A stretch of DNA of 64,000 nt from an uncultured Bacillota bacterium (GCA_963823655.1 CAWGMK010000012.1:74611-138610); one strand, 5' to 3'. Numbered from the stretch's first letter, positions 9,435-20,083 are shown. Numbers and translations: made by a program. The notes: a model not told the origin generated them from the letters alone.

Positions 9435-11013
9435 ATGAAGAGACTAATATTGGCAGCGACCCTTGTGGCCCTACTAGTGTCGGCCCTCAGCTTGACTGTC
9501 CTCGGCGCTACCCCGATAAAGGGCGGCACCCTAAGAGTCGCCGTTACGAGCATACAGGAACTGGTGCTCTACAAAACGGGCGGCAACGACATCAACGACG
9601 CGCTAAGCCTCATCTTCGACCACCTTTTCATAATCGGCAAGAACGACTTCAGGCCCATCCCGCACCTGGCTGAGAGCTGGGAGAACCCGGATCCTCTTAC
9701 CTGGGTGTTCCATCTCAGGAAGGGCACGATGTTCCATGACGACAACGCCGTCTTCGCCAAGGGCAAGAGCCGCGAAGTCGTAGCGGACGACGTGGTCTAT
9801 TCCGTAAACCGCATGCTCACAACGAGCGTCGCCTTCACGCTCGGCCCCGTAACCGGCGTCAAAGCGCTCGACCGTTATACCGTAGAGATTAAGACATCCA
9901 CACCGCAGCCGTTCCTGGTAAACGACGCCAACAGGCTCGCCGTCTGCGCCATCATCCCCAAAGAGGCGATAGACAAGCTGGGCGAGGCCGGCTTCGCAAA
10001 GACGCCGATCGGCAGCGGCCCGTTCAAGTTCAAGAGCTTCTCGCCAGACTCGGGCGTAGTGCTTGTAAGAAACGACGCCTACTGGCTCCCCGTATACCTT
10101 GATGCGGTAGAGTTCGTAACCATACCCGATCCCACGGTGCAGACCCTTGCCCTTCAGTCGGGCGAAGTCGACGTGGTCAAGCACCTTTTCAACCTCGAAG
10201 TCGCAAAGAGCTTCGAGAACAACAAGAACTTCAACATGATGTCCAGGGGCGGCTCGTACCGCGGCCTTGGGCTTTAACGTAACCGTGGCACCCTTCGACA
10301 ACTTCGAAGTGCGCGATGCCATATCCAAGATCCTCGACATCGACGCAGCATTCAACGCTGTTATCGGAACCGCCGGCGAGCGCGCCTACGGCCAGTGCCC
10401 TCCGTGGGTGCCGCACGGCTACGACCCGACGCTCAAATCCCTCTGGAGCCGCGATGTGGCGGCCGGCCTGAAGCTTCTGGAGAAGAACGGCTTCAAGGAC
10501 ACCAACAACGACGGCTTCCTGGAGTGGAACGGCAAGCCCTTCAAAATCGAGATAAAGACGCTTGCAGGCTCGCAGGTTAAGGTCCTGACCATACTTGCGA
10601 CCCAGCTCAGGGCCGTCGGCATCAACACCGGCGTGCTGCAGCAGGACACCGCCGTATGGGCGGACGATCTGCTTAAAGGCAACACCACGATGTTCTTCGA
10701 CTACAGCTACGCCGGAGCTACCGGCTTCCATTCGCTCTTCCACAGCTCGATGATCACCAAGGCCAACACGCATTACTACAAGAATGCGGAAGTGGACAAG
10801 CTCCTGGAAGATGCCCTCACCAAGACCAACTTCGCAGAGCTGTCCTCACTGTGGAAGAAGGCCCAGAAGATAGTCTTCACCGAAAGAGCAGGCATACCGA
10901 TGTACTTCGAGTGGAGCTACCTCATAGCCAACAAGAGAGTCAATGACATAGTGCCTCCGTGGGGCGGCTTCAACCTCGTCACCCTGGAGAACAACGTCTG
11001 GCTGAGCAAGTAA
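9435..11013 (+). CDS. ABC transporter substrate-binding protein, family 5 (peptide/nickel type), apparent frameshift
   Basis: Signal peptide; ORFs 9435-10277 and 10267-11013 join as ..YRGLGFNVTVAPFDN.. if one G is removed from GGG 10269-10271. Confidence 0.8.
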
Positions 11014-11091
11014 CTAAAAGACAATTCCCGAATGCGAGAAAGCCGGCCGGACTTCTTAAAAAGCCCGGCCGGCGACAAATAGGAGCGAAAT

Positions 11092-12039
11092 GTGGGCAAG
11101 TATTTTATTAGGCGCATCCTGACCACGATACCTGTTCTATTCGGGATTACATTCATAGTGTTCGCAATGGTTTCGTTGGCTCCCGGCAGCGCGATCAGCC
11201 TTATGCTCAGCAACGAGACCGTAAACCTGGAAAACGTGGAGCTGCTGAGAAAGGAACTGGGGCTTGACCTGCCCTGGTATCAGCAGTATTTCCGCTATAT
11301 GGGAAAGCTGCTGACCGGCGACATGGGCCGCTCCATACAGTACAACCGGCCCGTCAGCGAGATGATCTGGGAGAAGATCGGCAACACATTCCTGCTGGCA
11401 TTCAGCGCAACGATTGTAGCGATTGCGATAGCGATACCGCTTGGCGTGCTGGCAGCGGCCAGGCGCAGGTCGGTATTCGACTACGCCGCGACCGCGGTGG
11501 CCCTTGTCGGAGTGTCCATCCCCGGCTTCTACCTGAGCCTCATCCTAATAATCGTATTCGGCCTCAAGCTGGGCTGGTTCCCCATAAGGGGGCTGCCCTC
11601 ATATGACAGGACTTTCCTTCGGATGGTAAGGTCTCTTACTCTGCCGTCGGTAACGCTAGGCTCGATGCTCGCCGGCGTGCTCACGAGGCTTACGCGAGCC
11701 TCGGTCATCGAGTCCATGTCGCAGGATTACGTAAGGACCGCGCGCTCAAAGGGCATGGGGGAGGGCAAGGTGCTCTTCAAGCATGCTCTGAGAAATGCGC
11801 TGCTGCCCGTGCTCACAACAATTGGAATGCAGTTCGGCTCGCTTTTGGGCGGCGCCGTGATCATAGAGACGATATTCTCCCTGCCGGGACTGGGCATGCT
11901 ATCGATGAACGCGGTCAAGTTCAGGGACATACCGCTAATACAGGGCACGGTGCTGGTCTTCGCTGTGAGCTTCGTAGTGGTGATGCTCATCGTCGACATG
12001 CTGTATGTCCTTGTGGATCCGAGGATTAGATATGAGTAG
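11092..12039 (+). CDS. ABC transporter permease (DppB/OppB-like)
   Basis: 315 aa, 6 TM segments, typical MGKYFIRRIL.. N-terminus and an EAA-like loop. Confidence 0.85.
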   Translation: MGKYFIRRILTTIPVLFGITFIVFAMVSLAPGSAISLMLSNETVNLENVELLRKELGLDLPWYQQYFRYMGKLLTGDMGRSIQYNRPVSEMIWEKIGNTFLLAFSATIVAIAIAIPLGVLAAARRRSVFDYAATAVALVGVSIPGFYLSLILIIVFGLKLGWFPIRGLPSYDRTFLRMVRSLTLPSVTLGSMLAGVLTRLTRASVIESMSQDYVRTARSKGMGEGKVLFKHALRNALLPVLTTIGMQFGSLLGGAVIIETIFSLPGLGMLSMNAVKFRDIPLIQGTVLVFAVSFVVVMLIVDMLYVLVDPRIRYE

Positions 12040-12923
12040 CAGTTACGATATTTCGAAGAAGAACTGGAGCTCGAGCCAGAAATACAGGTCGCTCAAGTCT
12101 TTCTCAAGGCACAAGCTGGGAGTACTCGGCGTTATCATGCTGCTGGTATTCTTCCTTACGGCGATATTCGCACCGGTCGTAATCCCCAACGACCCCTATA
12201 CGATGAAGCTGGAGGAGCCATTCCTGCCCATGGGAAGCCAGTATCATCCGCTGGGCACGGACAACTTCGGCAGGGACATACTCGCAAGGCTGGTCTACGG
12301 CGCAAGGATATCGCTGCTGATCGGTATTGTCGTCGTCTCCCTGGCTGCGGTATTGGGCACGGTGCTCGGGCTTCTTGCCGGCTATTACGGGGGCTGGGTG
12401 GACTTCGCCGTTATGAGGCTGGTCGAAGTCTTCTATTCATTCCCTTTCCTTATCCTTGTAATCGCGGTAATCGCAATTCTTGGGCCCCAGCATATTCAAT
12501 GTGATGTGGGTGCTTGGCGTAGTAAGCTGGCCTTCATATGCAAGGATCGTCAGGGCCCAGGTGCTATCCCTCAAATCATCGGAGTTCGTATCGGCCGCAA
12601 GGGCGACCGGCTGCACCGATGCGAGGATTATATTCAAGCACATACTCCCGAATACCATGACGCCCATAATCGTGCAGGCTACGCTGGGCATCCCGGGCGC
12701 CATACTCTCATCCGCGAGCCTGGGCTTTCTGGGCTTCGGCGTTCAGCCGCCGACTCCCGAATGGGGCTCGATGGTCAATGAGGGCAAGGACTTCATACTC
12801 ATAAACTCCAATCTCATCATATGGCCCGGCCTTTGCATATTCCTCGTGGTGCTGAGCTTCAACTTCATTGGGGATGCGCTGAGGGACATGCTCGATCCGA
12901 GGCTGTCGAGGGAACTGAAATAG
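12032..12923 (+). CDS. ABC transporter permease (DppC/OppC-like), apparent frameshift
   Basis: ATG 12032 overlaps the upstream stop. The two frames join as ..AILGPSIFNVM.. at GGGCCCC 12482-12488. Confidence 0.8.
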
Positions 12924-12931
12924 GAGGAGGG

Positions 12932-14287
12932 ATGGACATGACAATAGACGAGAGGCTGGCAAGAGTGCCGGACTTCAAGCTCTTCTACGGGGTGGACGAG
13001 CTTTACGGGCACGCAGTAAGGACCGCTGAGGCAAACCCGGCGGTGTGCAAGCTGCAGTATGTGGGGCAATCGAAGGCAGGAGAGCCCATACCCATGGTTA
13101 GCGTGGGCGACGGGCCGGTATCGGTGCTGCTTTTCGCCTCCCCCCATCCGAACGAGCCGATAGGCGCCATGATGGCATACTTCCTCCTAGATGAGCTTAT
13201 AGCGGACCCATCCTTAAGGAAGGGCCGCACCTTCCATATAATCCCCTGCATCGACCCCGATGGCACAAGGCTGAACGAAGGTTGGTTTGCGGGGCCCTAC
13301 ACCATTAAGAACTACGCGAAGCACTTCTACAGGCCAAAGGGCGACAACCAGGCCGAATGGAGCTTCCCGATAGAGTACAAGACTTTCAAGTTCGACAGGC
13401 CCATACCCGAGACCAAGGCTCTTATGAAGGCGATAACCGAGACAAAGCCCGATGTGATGTATTCGCTTCACAACTCCGGCTTCGGTGGCGCCTACTACTA
13501 CATCTCCTATCCTCTGGAGGCGGCATACGAGACATTCCACAGGCTGCCGCTCGAAAGGAACCTGGCGCTCAACCTGGGAGAGCCCGAAGTCCCCTACTGC
13601 CAGAGTTTCGCGCCCGCCATTTACAGGACGAACCTTGTGACAGACGCTTATGACTACTATGAGAAGTTCGGCAAGGGGGATCCTGCGACCTACATGTTCG
13701 GAGGCGCGTCCAGCAGGGACTTCGCGGACACCATATGCAAGCCTTTCACCCTCGTGACCGAGGTGCCCTATTTCAAGTCGCCAAAGACGGGAGACCTTAC
13801 GAAGCTCTCCGTAAGCAGGAGGGAAACAATACTCAAGGGCGTTGAGAAGTCGCGCAAGATGCTCACATTCATCCAGTCCGTCATCGACGATACTGTGGGC
13901 GAGCTCACTGAGGGGCCGATACTAAGAGACGCAGTAGTGCAGTTCACGAAGTCGCTCTTCAAAGCGCTCGACGGCGAGGAGAAATGGGCGAAGGAGACCG
14001 AGGGGATGGACGAGCCGGCTACCGTGGCGCAGGAGGCAGACTCCCTTTACATCAGCGTGTTCTACAAGATGCTCATAGTCTCCATGTACAGAAGGTCGCT
14101 GAAGATGCAGATGGACAAGGGCGGCTCAAAGAAGATCGCCGATGCCTACCATAAGCTCAATGCCGCAATCGACGGCTGGGCGGAGGAGATAGAGCAGGCT
14201 CTGGACTACGGAGTCGTTAAAATCCGCGACCTCGTGCAGATACAGTACGGGGCGCTTCTGGCGGTGCTCGACGCCCTGAAGAAGTAG
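12932..14287 (+). CDS. M14-family zinc carboxypeptidase-like protein (cytoplasmic)
   Basis: GGAGGAGGG RBS before ATG 12932; SPHPNEPIG (HxxE) zinc motif; no signal peptide. Confidence 0.7.
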   Translation: MDMTIDERLARVPDFKLFYGVDELYGHAVRTAEANPAVCKLQYVGQSKAGEPIPMVSVGDGPVSVLLFASPHPNEPIGAMMAYFLLDELIADPSLRKGRTFHIIPCIDPDGTRLNEGWFAGPYTIKNYAKHFYRPKGDNQAEWSFPIEYKTFKFDRPIPETKALMKAITETKPDVMYSLHNSGFGGAYYYISYPLEAAYETFHRLPLERNLALNLGEPEVPYCQSFAPAIYRTNLVTDAYDYYEKFGKGDPATYMFGGASSRDFADTICKPFTLVTEVPYFKSPKTGDLTKLSVSRRETILKGVEKSRKMLTFIQSVIDDTVGELTEGPILRDAVVQFTKSLFKALDGEEKWAKETEGMDEPATVAQEADSLYISVFYKMLIVSMYRRSLKMQMDKGGSKKIADAYHKLNAAIDGWAEEIEQALDYGVVKIRDLVQIQYGALLAVLDALKK

Positions 14288-14371
14288 AGGGCAGCGGCCG
14301 ACCGGGCGATATGAGTTTGACTGTCGGGCGATATTAATGAAGGATAGGCTTTGAGATTGAAGCACAGTACG

Positions 14372-14411
14372 GAAGCGCCGGCACCGCCATAGAGGGGCGA
14401 GCCGGCGCTTC
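14372..14411. terminator. Hairpin between convergent genes
   Basis: GAAGCGCCGGC (14372-14382) / GCCGGCGCTTC (14401-14411), perfect 11-bp stem. Confidence 0.6.
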
Positions 14412-14449
14412 TTCAATGCAAAGCCTTTACTTGCTCCAGTTTGCTGATG

Positions 14450-15661
14450 TCAGCTTGCCAGGGCGTCCTTGCAGGCGGCATCCTTCTTGCCCTTCCTGTA
14501 GAAGATGATGAGAAGGACCGCCGCGGTGAATGCCATGGCCGAGCCGAAGTAGAACGGGGCCCTGTTGTTGATCCTGTCATATAGAAGGCCTGCTATAAGG
14601 CTTGCGGGAAGCAGGGTTATACCAACCAGGAAGCTGTAGATGCCAAGGCCCGTGCCCTTGACCTTCTTGCAGATGAGGTCGGAGACAAGCGCCTTCTGAA
14701 CCCCGTCGGTGGCCGCGCTGTACAGCCCGTAGAGGGCGAACAGGAACACTACTGAGCCCGGGCTTCCCGTCCTTCCGAAGAAGAAGTAGATGATCGAATA
14801 CAGCAGATAGCCGAATATGATGAGCCTTTCGCGGCCGATCTTGTCGGACAGCATCCCCATGGGGACCGCGAAGAGCACGGATACCGAGTTGAATATCATG
14901 TACATGATGGGAATGAAGGCATCGGCTATGCCAACATCGCTCGCCTTCACCAGAAGCAGTGCGTCCGTTGAGTTGCCGAGGGTGAATATGAAGACTATGG
15001 CGAGGAAGAAGTAGTACTTCGCGGGGAAGTCCCTGAAGGAGAGCTTGCCTAAAAGCTCCTCCTTGCACTTCTTGGCTTCCTTCACGAAGAGGATGAGCGA
15101 CAATAGGCCGAAAACTGCAGGAAGCCCTGCTATCAGGAATACCTTGCGGTACTGGCCCGGGAACATAGCCAGGACTGCGAAAGCGAGCAACGGGCCGATT
15201 ATCGCGCCGCTGTTGTCCATAGCCTTGTGGAAGCCGAAGTTCTTGCCCTTGGAGCAGTCCTCGGAGGAGCCTGCCACCAGGCTGTCCCTGGGCGCCGTCC
15301 TTATGCCCTTGCCGACCCTTTCCGTGAACCTTATCAGAAGCACCTGGAACGGGGAGGTGACTGCTGCGAAAAGCGGGGAGAGCACCGTCGTGAAGGCGTA
15401 TCCTACCACCATGAACGGCTTGTTGCGGCCGATCTTGTCGCTCCACCAGCCGGACAGCGCCTTCAGCACGGATGCCGTGCTCTCGGCTATGCCTTCGATG
15501 AGGGAAAGCTCGGTCTTGCTCGCCCCCAGCGTCATAAGGAAGAGCGGCATGATGGAATAGATCATCTTGCCTGTGGTATCGGTGAAGAAGCTTGTTAGGC
15601 CGACGAAGAAGATGTTCCTCTGTATGCCCAGGATCTTGTCGCCCTTGCCCTTTTCAGCCAT
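14450..15661 (-). CDS. MFS transporter
   Basis: 403 aa, about 12 TM segments, with MFS loop motifs (GWWSDKIGR; LSDKIGRE). Confidence 0.85.
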   Translation of the reverse strand: MAEKGKGDKILGIQRNIFFVGLTSFFTDTTGKMIYSIMPLFLMTLGASKTELSLIEGIAESTASVLKALSGWWSDKIGRNKPFMVVGYAFTTVLSPLFAAVTSPFQVLLIRFTERVGKGIRTAPRDSLVAGSSEDCSKGKNFGFHKAMDNSGAIIGPLLAFAVLAMFPGQYRKVFLIAGLPAVFGLLSLILFVKEAKKCKEELLGKLSFRDFPAKYYFFLAIVFIFTLGNSTDALLLVKASDVGIADAFIPIMYMIFNSVSVLFAVPMGMLSDKIGRERLIIFGYLLYSIIYFFFGRTGSPGSVVFLFALYGLYSAATDGVQKALVSDLICKKVKGTGLGIYSFLVGITLLPASLIAGLLYDRINNRAPFYFGSAMAFTAAVLLIIFYRKGKKDAACKDALAS

Positions 15662-15749
15662 TGTGAAGCCTCGACTATCCTAGAATTTGTGCCTTATAAG
15701 ATTGAGTATAGCCGAAAATTGGCCTCGATTATCAGGCCGTGTTTCGCAT

Positions 15750-15780
15750 GGAAAAGGCGGGGCAAACAAAATGCCCCGCC
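15750..15780 (-). terminator. Rho-independent terminator
   Basis: GGCGGGGC / GCCCCGCC stem with a TTTTC tract on the minus strand, downstream of 15878-16303. Confidence 0.7.
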
Positions 15781-15877
15781 AGTTATAGGAAAAGGTCGTC
15801 CTACCAGGAATCCGGGTAGTCAGACACGAAGGGCAGGTCTGTAACGCGAACCCAGTACAGGACATCAAAATTCGGCT

Positions 15878-16303
15878 TCATGATCTATGAAGACCGCTAT
15901 CTGTCAGGTTCATGTCGGACGGGATCATCACGAAGATCGAGCCTTCATTAGTAGCCTTGCTGCCCACTACATATTCCATGTCGTCGAATATGTCGAAGGC
16001 GCTCTGGTTGTAGTAGTTCGTATACCTTGCCAAAGGAGAGGTCTCGTCGTACACGGCGAAAATCAAGTCCTCCCTGATATCGGATTCGAGCAGGCCGTTG
16101 TTGGTCAGCGACACATCGAATATCAGGAATGTGAACTCATCTGCTGCCATCACGACTGCGCTATCCAAATCGTTCGCGTCGAACAAGAGACTTGACTGCG
16201 CACTCCTGCTGACCACAATGGTCCATTTCGGAAGACAGCCGCTTGTGAGCATTAGGGCTGCGATGATTAGCAATACCGCTGCAATTGTCCCTAGCTTCTT
16301 CAA
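15878..16303 (-). CDS. Small lipoprotein, unknown function (possibly DUF4352-like)
   Basis: 141 aa; signal peptide plus lipobox LTSGC. Confidence 0.6.
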   Translation of the reverse strand: MKKLGTIAAVLLIIAALMLTSGCLPKWTIVVSRSAQSSLLFDANDLDSAVVMAADEFTFLIFDVSLTNNGLLESDIREDLIFAVYDETSPLARYTNYYNQSAFDIFDDMEYVVGSKATNEGSIFVMIPSDMNLTDSGLHRS

Positions 16304-16648
16304 CTTGGCCCTCCTTCCGGCGCGCCTATTCGTAAAGGCACACCGAGCTAAAATAGCCTCTAATGATTTGAATTATACGGGAGGATGGGAGGATTTGTTC
16401 CAGTCATGCAGCAAATTTATGTGAGCTGGGTCCAGGGTGGGGTTGGACAAATATCGAGTATAATTCGTTATGTGATATGAGATTTCGCGGAGGGACAATG
16501 GAAGAGGAAAGAAAAGGCCTGGCGCAGCGGCATGGAAGCCGGCGGGCGCGGGGAATGGGCAACAAACGAATAACGGGGGAGAGACCCCAGGAGGCGGAGG
16601 AAGAATACCGCCCGCAAGCCAATAGGCAGGTGGATACTCCTGTCCTTA

Positions 16649-17662
16649 TTGCTTTTGGCCCTGCTGTCGTTCGTCTATGTATATTTCATTCTCCCCGGCT
16701 CGCTTCCATGGAACGACTCAGACCCCGACAGATGGTACGGAGATTCGCTGGAATACCTGGACGCGGGCTTCGGCCTTAGCATGGGAAACCTCGGGCAGCT
16801 TGGCGAATACCGCGACCTTGGCCTTCCCTCATGGGGGGACGACGACGTCTTCGCCGTCCTTATAATGGGCTTCGATTACGACTACCCGGGCACAATCAGG
16901 CAGGGTGGCGGTGTGCCTGGCAGGACGGACGCGATAATGCTACTGGTAGTTCCCAAGGATCAGAATGCGGCAACTTTGGTCTCCATACCCAGGGACACCC
17001 TGGTGCCTCTCGACAGCTATGGCACAGAAGAGAGGATAAACGCGGTTTACAGGGGAATTTCGCTTCAGGGTACGATAAACGCGGTGACTTTCCTTACAGG
17101 GGTCGAGGCCGACAAGTGGGTGAGCCTCGATTTCAACGGCTTCGTACAGATGATGGACAGGCTGGGCGGCGTGGATATCGAAGTAGAGGACCACATGACG
17201 ATATGGGACGATCTTAACGGCCGTTGGGTGTACATCGAGAAGGGGCCACAGCATCTGGACGGGCACATGGCCCTGCTGTATGTAAGGTTCAGGGGCGATC
17301 AGATGGGCGACATCAGCCGCAACTCAAGGCAGCTGCGCTTCATAAAGGCGCTGGCCGGCAAGGCCGTACAGTGGAACACGGTCGGCGAGATAGGCGGCAT
17401 AATTTCCGACCTGCAGGAGAACGTCAAGACGGACATGAGCTACAATGAGGTCCTTGCGCTTGGGATGAGGCTTCTTAAGATCGGCACTTCGCGCCTGGAT
17501 GGGTTCAGCATACCGGGCGTCTTCGAGGGGCCCTACTGGAGGGCCGACCTCGCCGCCACAAGGAAGCTCATGGAAAGGGCGATAACTGGGGCCCCTCTGG
17601 TCGAAGAGCCGGTTGAAGAGATTGTCGAACCGGAAGAAACCGAGCCTGTGCCGGAGCCCTGA
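16649..17662 (+). CDS. LCP (LytR-CpsA-Psr) family protein
   Basis: ..GRTDAIMLLVVP..SIPRDT.. LCP core. The frame is open back to 16574 without an ATG, so the N-terminus may begin at ATG 16498 in another frame (possible indel). Confidence 0.75.
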   Translation: MLLALLSFVYVYFILPGSLPWNDSDPDRWYGDSLEYLDAGFGLSMGNLGQLGEYRDLGLPSWGDDDVFAVLIMGFDYDYPGTIRQGGGVPGRTDAIMLLVVPKDQNAATLVSIPRDTLVPLDSYGTEERINAVYRGISLQGTINAVTFLTGVEADKWVSLDFNGFVQMMDRLGGVDIEVEDHMTIWDDLNGRWVYIEKGPQHLDGHMALLYVRFRGDQMGDISRNSRQLRFIKALAGKAVQWNTVGEIGGIISDLQENVKTDMSYNEVLALGMRLLKIGTSRLDGFSIPGVFEGPYWRADLAATRKLMERAITGAPLVEEPVEEIVEPEETEPVPEP

Positions 17663-17685
17663 TAAATAGGCAAATTACAAGAATT

Positions 17686-17708
17686 GAGGATGCCGGGAAG
17701 GCATCCTC
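17686..17708. terminator. Hairpin between convergent genes
   Basis: GAGGATGCC / GGCATCCTC stem followed by TTGCTTT. Confidence 0.6.
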
Positions 17709-17713
17709 TTGCT

Positions 17714-18459
17714 TTACTTGGAGAGCTCTTTATCTACATAGACTTTCATGGCTTCGCTCATGAACTGCGCAAGCCCCGGCTTTATCTTCTCGAAGGAATT
17801 TGTGAACCTTATATCCTGAATGTACAAGTCCGCCAGGCCGCGATATATGTCGAGAGTGCATTCGTAGAACCATTTAGTGATGTGGCCGCGATGCAAGGCG
17901 ATGAGCTTCGTTACCTCCGGATGGGACGGGCCTTTGTCCATATTGGCGACGATAGCAAGCATTATTCCCTTGCTCTCCTCTTTCATGGCCTCCCAGTCGC
18001 GCTTGGTGTACTTTGAAGTCTTCCTCTCGCTCTCCTCATATTTCGCGCCGTACTTCGCCCTGGCTTCCTCCTTGTATTCGTCGGGATCGAAGCCGTCGAA
18101 AAGCTCCTTCAACTCCATCTTCCTTCCCCTCCTTATAGCATCAAGGCTCCTGTCTACGAGCCCTAATAGGCCTTCTATATGGTCTTTCTTCTGAAGCAGC
18201 ATCTGCTTGTGGTTTTCTAAAGCCAAGCTCCCTGTCCTGACCTAGCGTCGCGGATTGCAGCCGCGATCTCATCGAGGCCTAAGCCCAGTTCCTTGAGAAG
18301 CATTATCTGCTGCAGCCTCTCCAGGTCGGCATCCTCATAAAGGCGGTAACCGGACTCGGTCCGGAGCTTGGGCGAAAGCAGGCCGATGCTGTCGTAATGG
18401 TGCAAGGTCCTTATAGTAATGCCGGCGAGCTCCGACACTTGGCTTACCGTGTATGTCAT
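17714..18459 (-). CDS. MerR-family regulator with TipAS-like C-terminal domain, apparent frameshift
   Basis: The N-terminal HTH (VSQVSELAGITIRTLHHYD) at 18217-18459 continues as ..ALENHKQMLL.. in frame 17714-18226. The shift lies at about 18226-18240. Confidence 0.8.
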
Positions 18460-18477
18460 TCTGCTACCTCCGAGACA

Positions 18478-18508
18478 AGGATAAGCTATGACGTAACGTA
18501 AGAGTCAA
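18478..18508 (-). promoter_or_regulatory. MerR-type promoter with 19-bp spacer
   Basis: The minus strand reads TTGACT (18508-18503), a 19-bp spacer, then TATCCT (18483-18478), about 18 nt upstream of the merR-like start. Confidence 0.6.
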
Positions 18509-18580
18509 TATCAATATTATAGCGTTCTATTCCGATTTATAGTGATTCCATTGGGAAGTCGGTGAATTATGTAGGTATCT

Positions 18581-18640
18581 GTAAAAGTATATTAAATTAC
18601 TGCGAAATAGGTAAAAGTATATAAAATTACGGCAAAAATA
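18581..18640. repeat. Two 30-bp AT-rich direct repeats
   Basis: GTAAAAGTATATTAAATTACTGCGAAATAG / GTAAAAGTATATAAAATTACGGCAAAAATA. Confidence 0.8.
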
Positions 18641-18943
18641 ACGAATGTATACGATTTTATTTGGCCAGAACTCTTCCATCTATCCGTCAGGAGTAACGCG
18701 AAGTAACAAAATCCGTTTTCTTGTTTATTACACGTAACCTCTTTAGCAGTTGGCTTAAAAGATCTTCTTGATAATCCTGGTATGGGCAGTTTTGCGTTTG
18801 CTTGTCGAGAAGCTAAATCGAATCATACGTGAGTGCAGAAAAGCAGAACTTGTATTCTTTGAAGGCCAATAACCAGCAGAAGAAGCTTTGGCGTCACCAG
18901 AAGAAAGAATTCACATGCCCTCTCAACACAACTTGCATATCGT

Positions 18944-19170
18944 CTAAGTAAAGCTGTGCTTGACTATGACATCTCGACCTCATCCGGTTGCAACAGATTG
19001 ATCAACACTCTGCAAGTAAAGTTGGGCTTGACTCGTAGGGGAAGTAAAGCTGCGCTTGCCAACAACATCTCAGCCTCATCAGGCAGCAGCAGAATGGTCG
19101 GCACTCTGCAAGTAAAGATGGGCTTGACTCATAGGCGAAGTAAAGCTGCGCTTGACTACAACATCTCAAC
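18944..19170. repeat. 96-bp tandem repeat array, left part (~2.4 units)
   Basis: Unit starts at 18945, 19041 and 19137. Each unit carries two AGTAAAG-N5-CTTGACT imperfect palindromes. Confidence 0.9.
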
Positions 19171-19300
19171 TGACCGGCCCCCAGATTTAGGTCCAATCCT
19201 AGCTTTAGTTTTCAATGACCCCCAGTACCAGTCTGAATGTTAGTTTTCGACTTTGATAATGGTTAACCTTCCGACCTCAAATGAATTCACCAAAAGACGA

Positions 19301-20083
19301 TCAGGCATAAGCGGGAATGAGGGTCTGAGGCGCCGGCGGCCTGCCTCCTAAGCTGCTATGAGGCCGTACCCTGTTATAGTAGTCTTTCCATCTAAGTGAA
19401 AGCACTTTTGCTTCATACAGGCTCCCGAACTGCTCCTCATTCAGAAACTCCTGCCGCATCCTGGCATTGAAACTTTCGCAGTACCCATTCTCCCATGGGC
19501 TGCCTGGCTCTATGTATGTCGTTATGACGCCAATATCGGCCAACCATTCCCTTAGCACTTTAGCGGTGAACTCGCTTCCATTATCGCTTCTAATGTATTC
19601 CGGACATCCTCTTACGACCATCAGATCCGACAGGACTTCTATGACATCTTCGTGCTTCCAGCTTCTCTTAGGTATACAGGCCAGGCATTCGCGTTCAGCC
19701 TCGTCTATTATGTTCAGAAAGCGGATCCTGCGCCCATCTGTAGTCCTGTCCTCCACAAAATCATAGCTCCACACATGGTTTCTGTGTTCCGGGCGAAGTC
19801 TGATGCAACTGCCGTCCGTAAGCCAAAGCCTTCTTTTCTTGTTTTGTTTCCTGGGCAGCTTCAGCCCTTCTTCCCTCCAGATACGCTCCACTCTCTTGTG
19901 GTTTACCTTATTGCCTTCATTCCTGAGGATGTGCGTCACCATCCTGTATCCAACTCGCCCGAAGTTGCAGGCCAACTCTATGATGCGGGTCCTTAAGAAA
20001 TCTTCATCCGGACGTTTCACAGCCTCGTAACGGAAGGCAGTCCTGCTGACATGCAACACCCGACAAGCCCGTCTTTCCGTCAT
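19301..20083 (-). CDS. IS3-family transposase OrfB (DDE integrase domain)
   Basis: ..HVWSYDF..IIDEAERECL..SDNGSEFT..PGSPWENGYCESFN.. The frame is open upstream to the slippery site. Confidence 0.9.
   Translation of the reverse strand: MTERRACRVLHVSRTAFRYEAVKRPDEDFLRTRIIELACNFGRVGYRMVTHILRNEGNKVNHKRVERIWREEGLKLPRKQNKKRRLWLTDGSCIRLRPEHRNHVWSYDFVEDRTTDGRRIRFLNIIDEAERECLACIPKRSWKHEDVIEVLSDLMVVRGCPEYIRSDNGSEFTAKVLREWLADIGVITTYIEPGSPWENGYCESFNARMRQEFLNEEQFGSLYEAKVLSLRWKDYYNRVRPHSSLGGRPPAPQTLIPAYA

Noticed and set aside
9603-10773. 250-aa and 180-aa minus-strand ORFs.
   Set aside because: They are antisense shadows of the substrate-binding-protein gene, Arg/Val/Glu-rich with no motifs.
12821-12931. 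Upstream extension of the M14 peptidase ORF (start at 12821).
   Set aside because: The extension overlaps the permease 3' end in another frame. A strong GGAGGAGGG RBS precedes ATG 12932.
14577-15446. 289-aa alternative-frame ORF on the minus strand.
   Set aside because: It overlaps the MFS transporter in another frame. The Arg/Pro/Gly-rich translation is an artefact of GC content.
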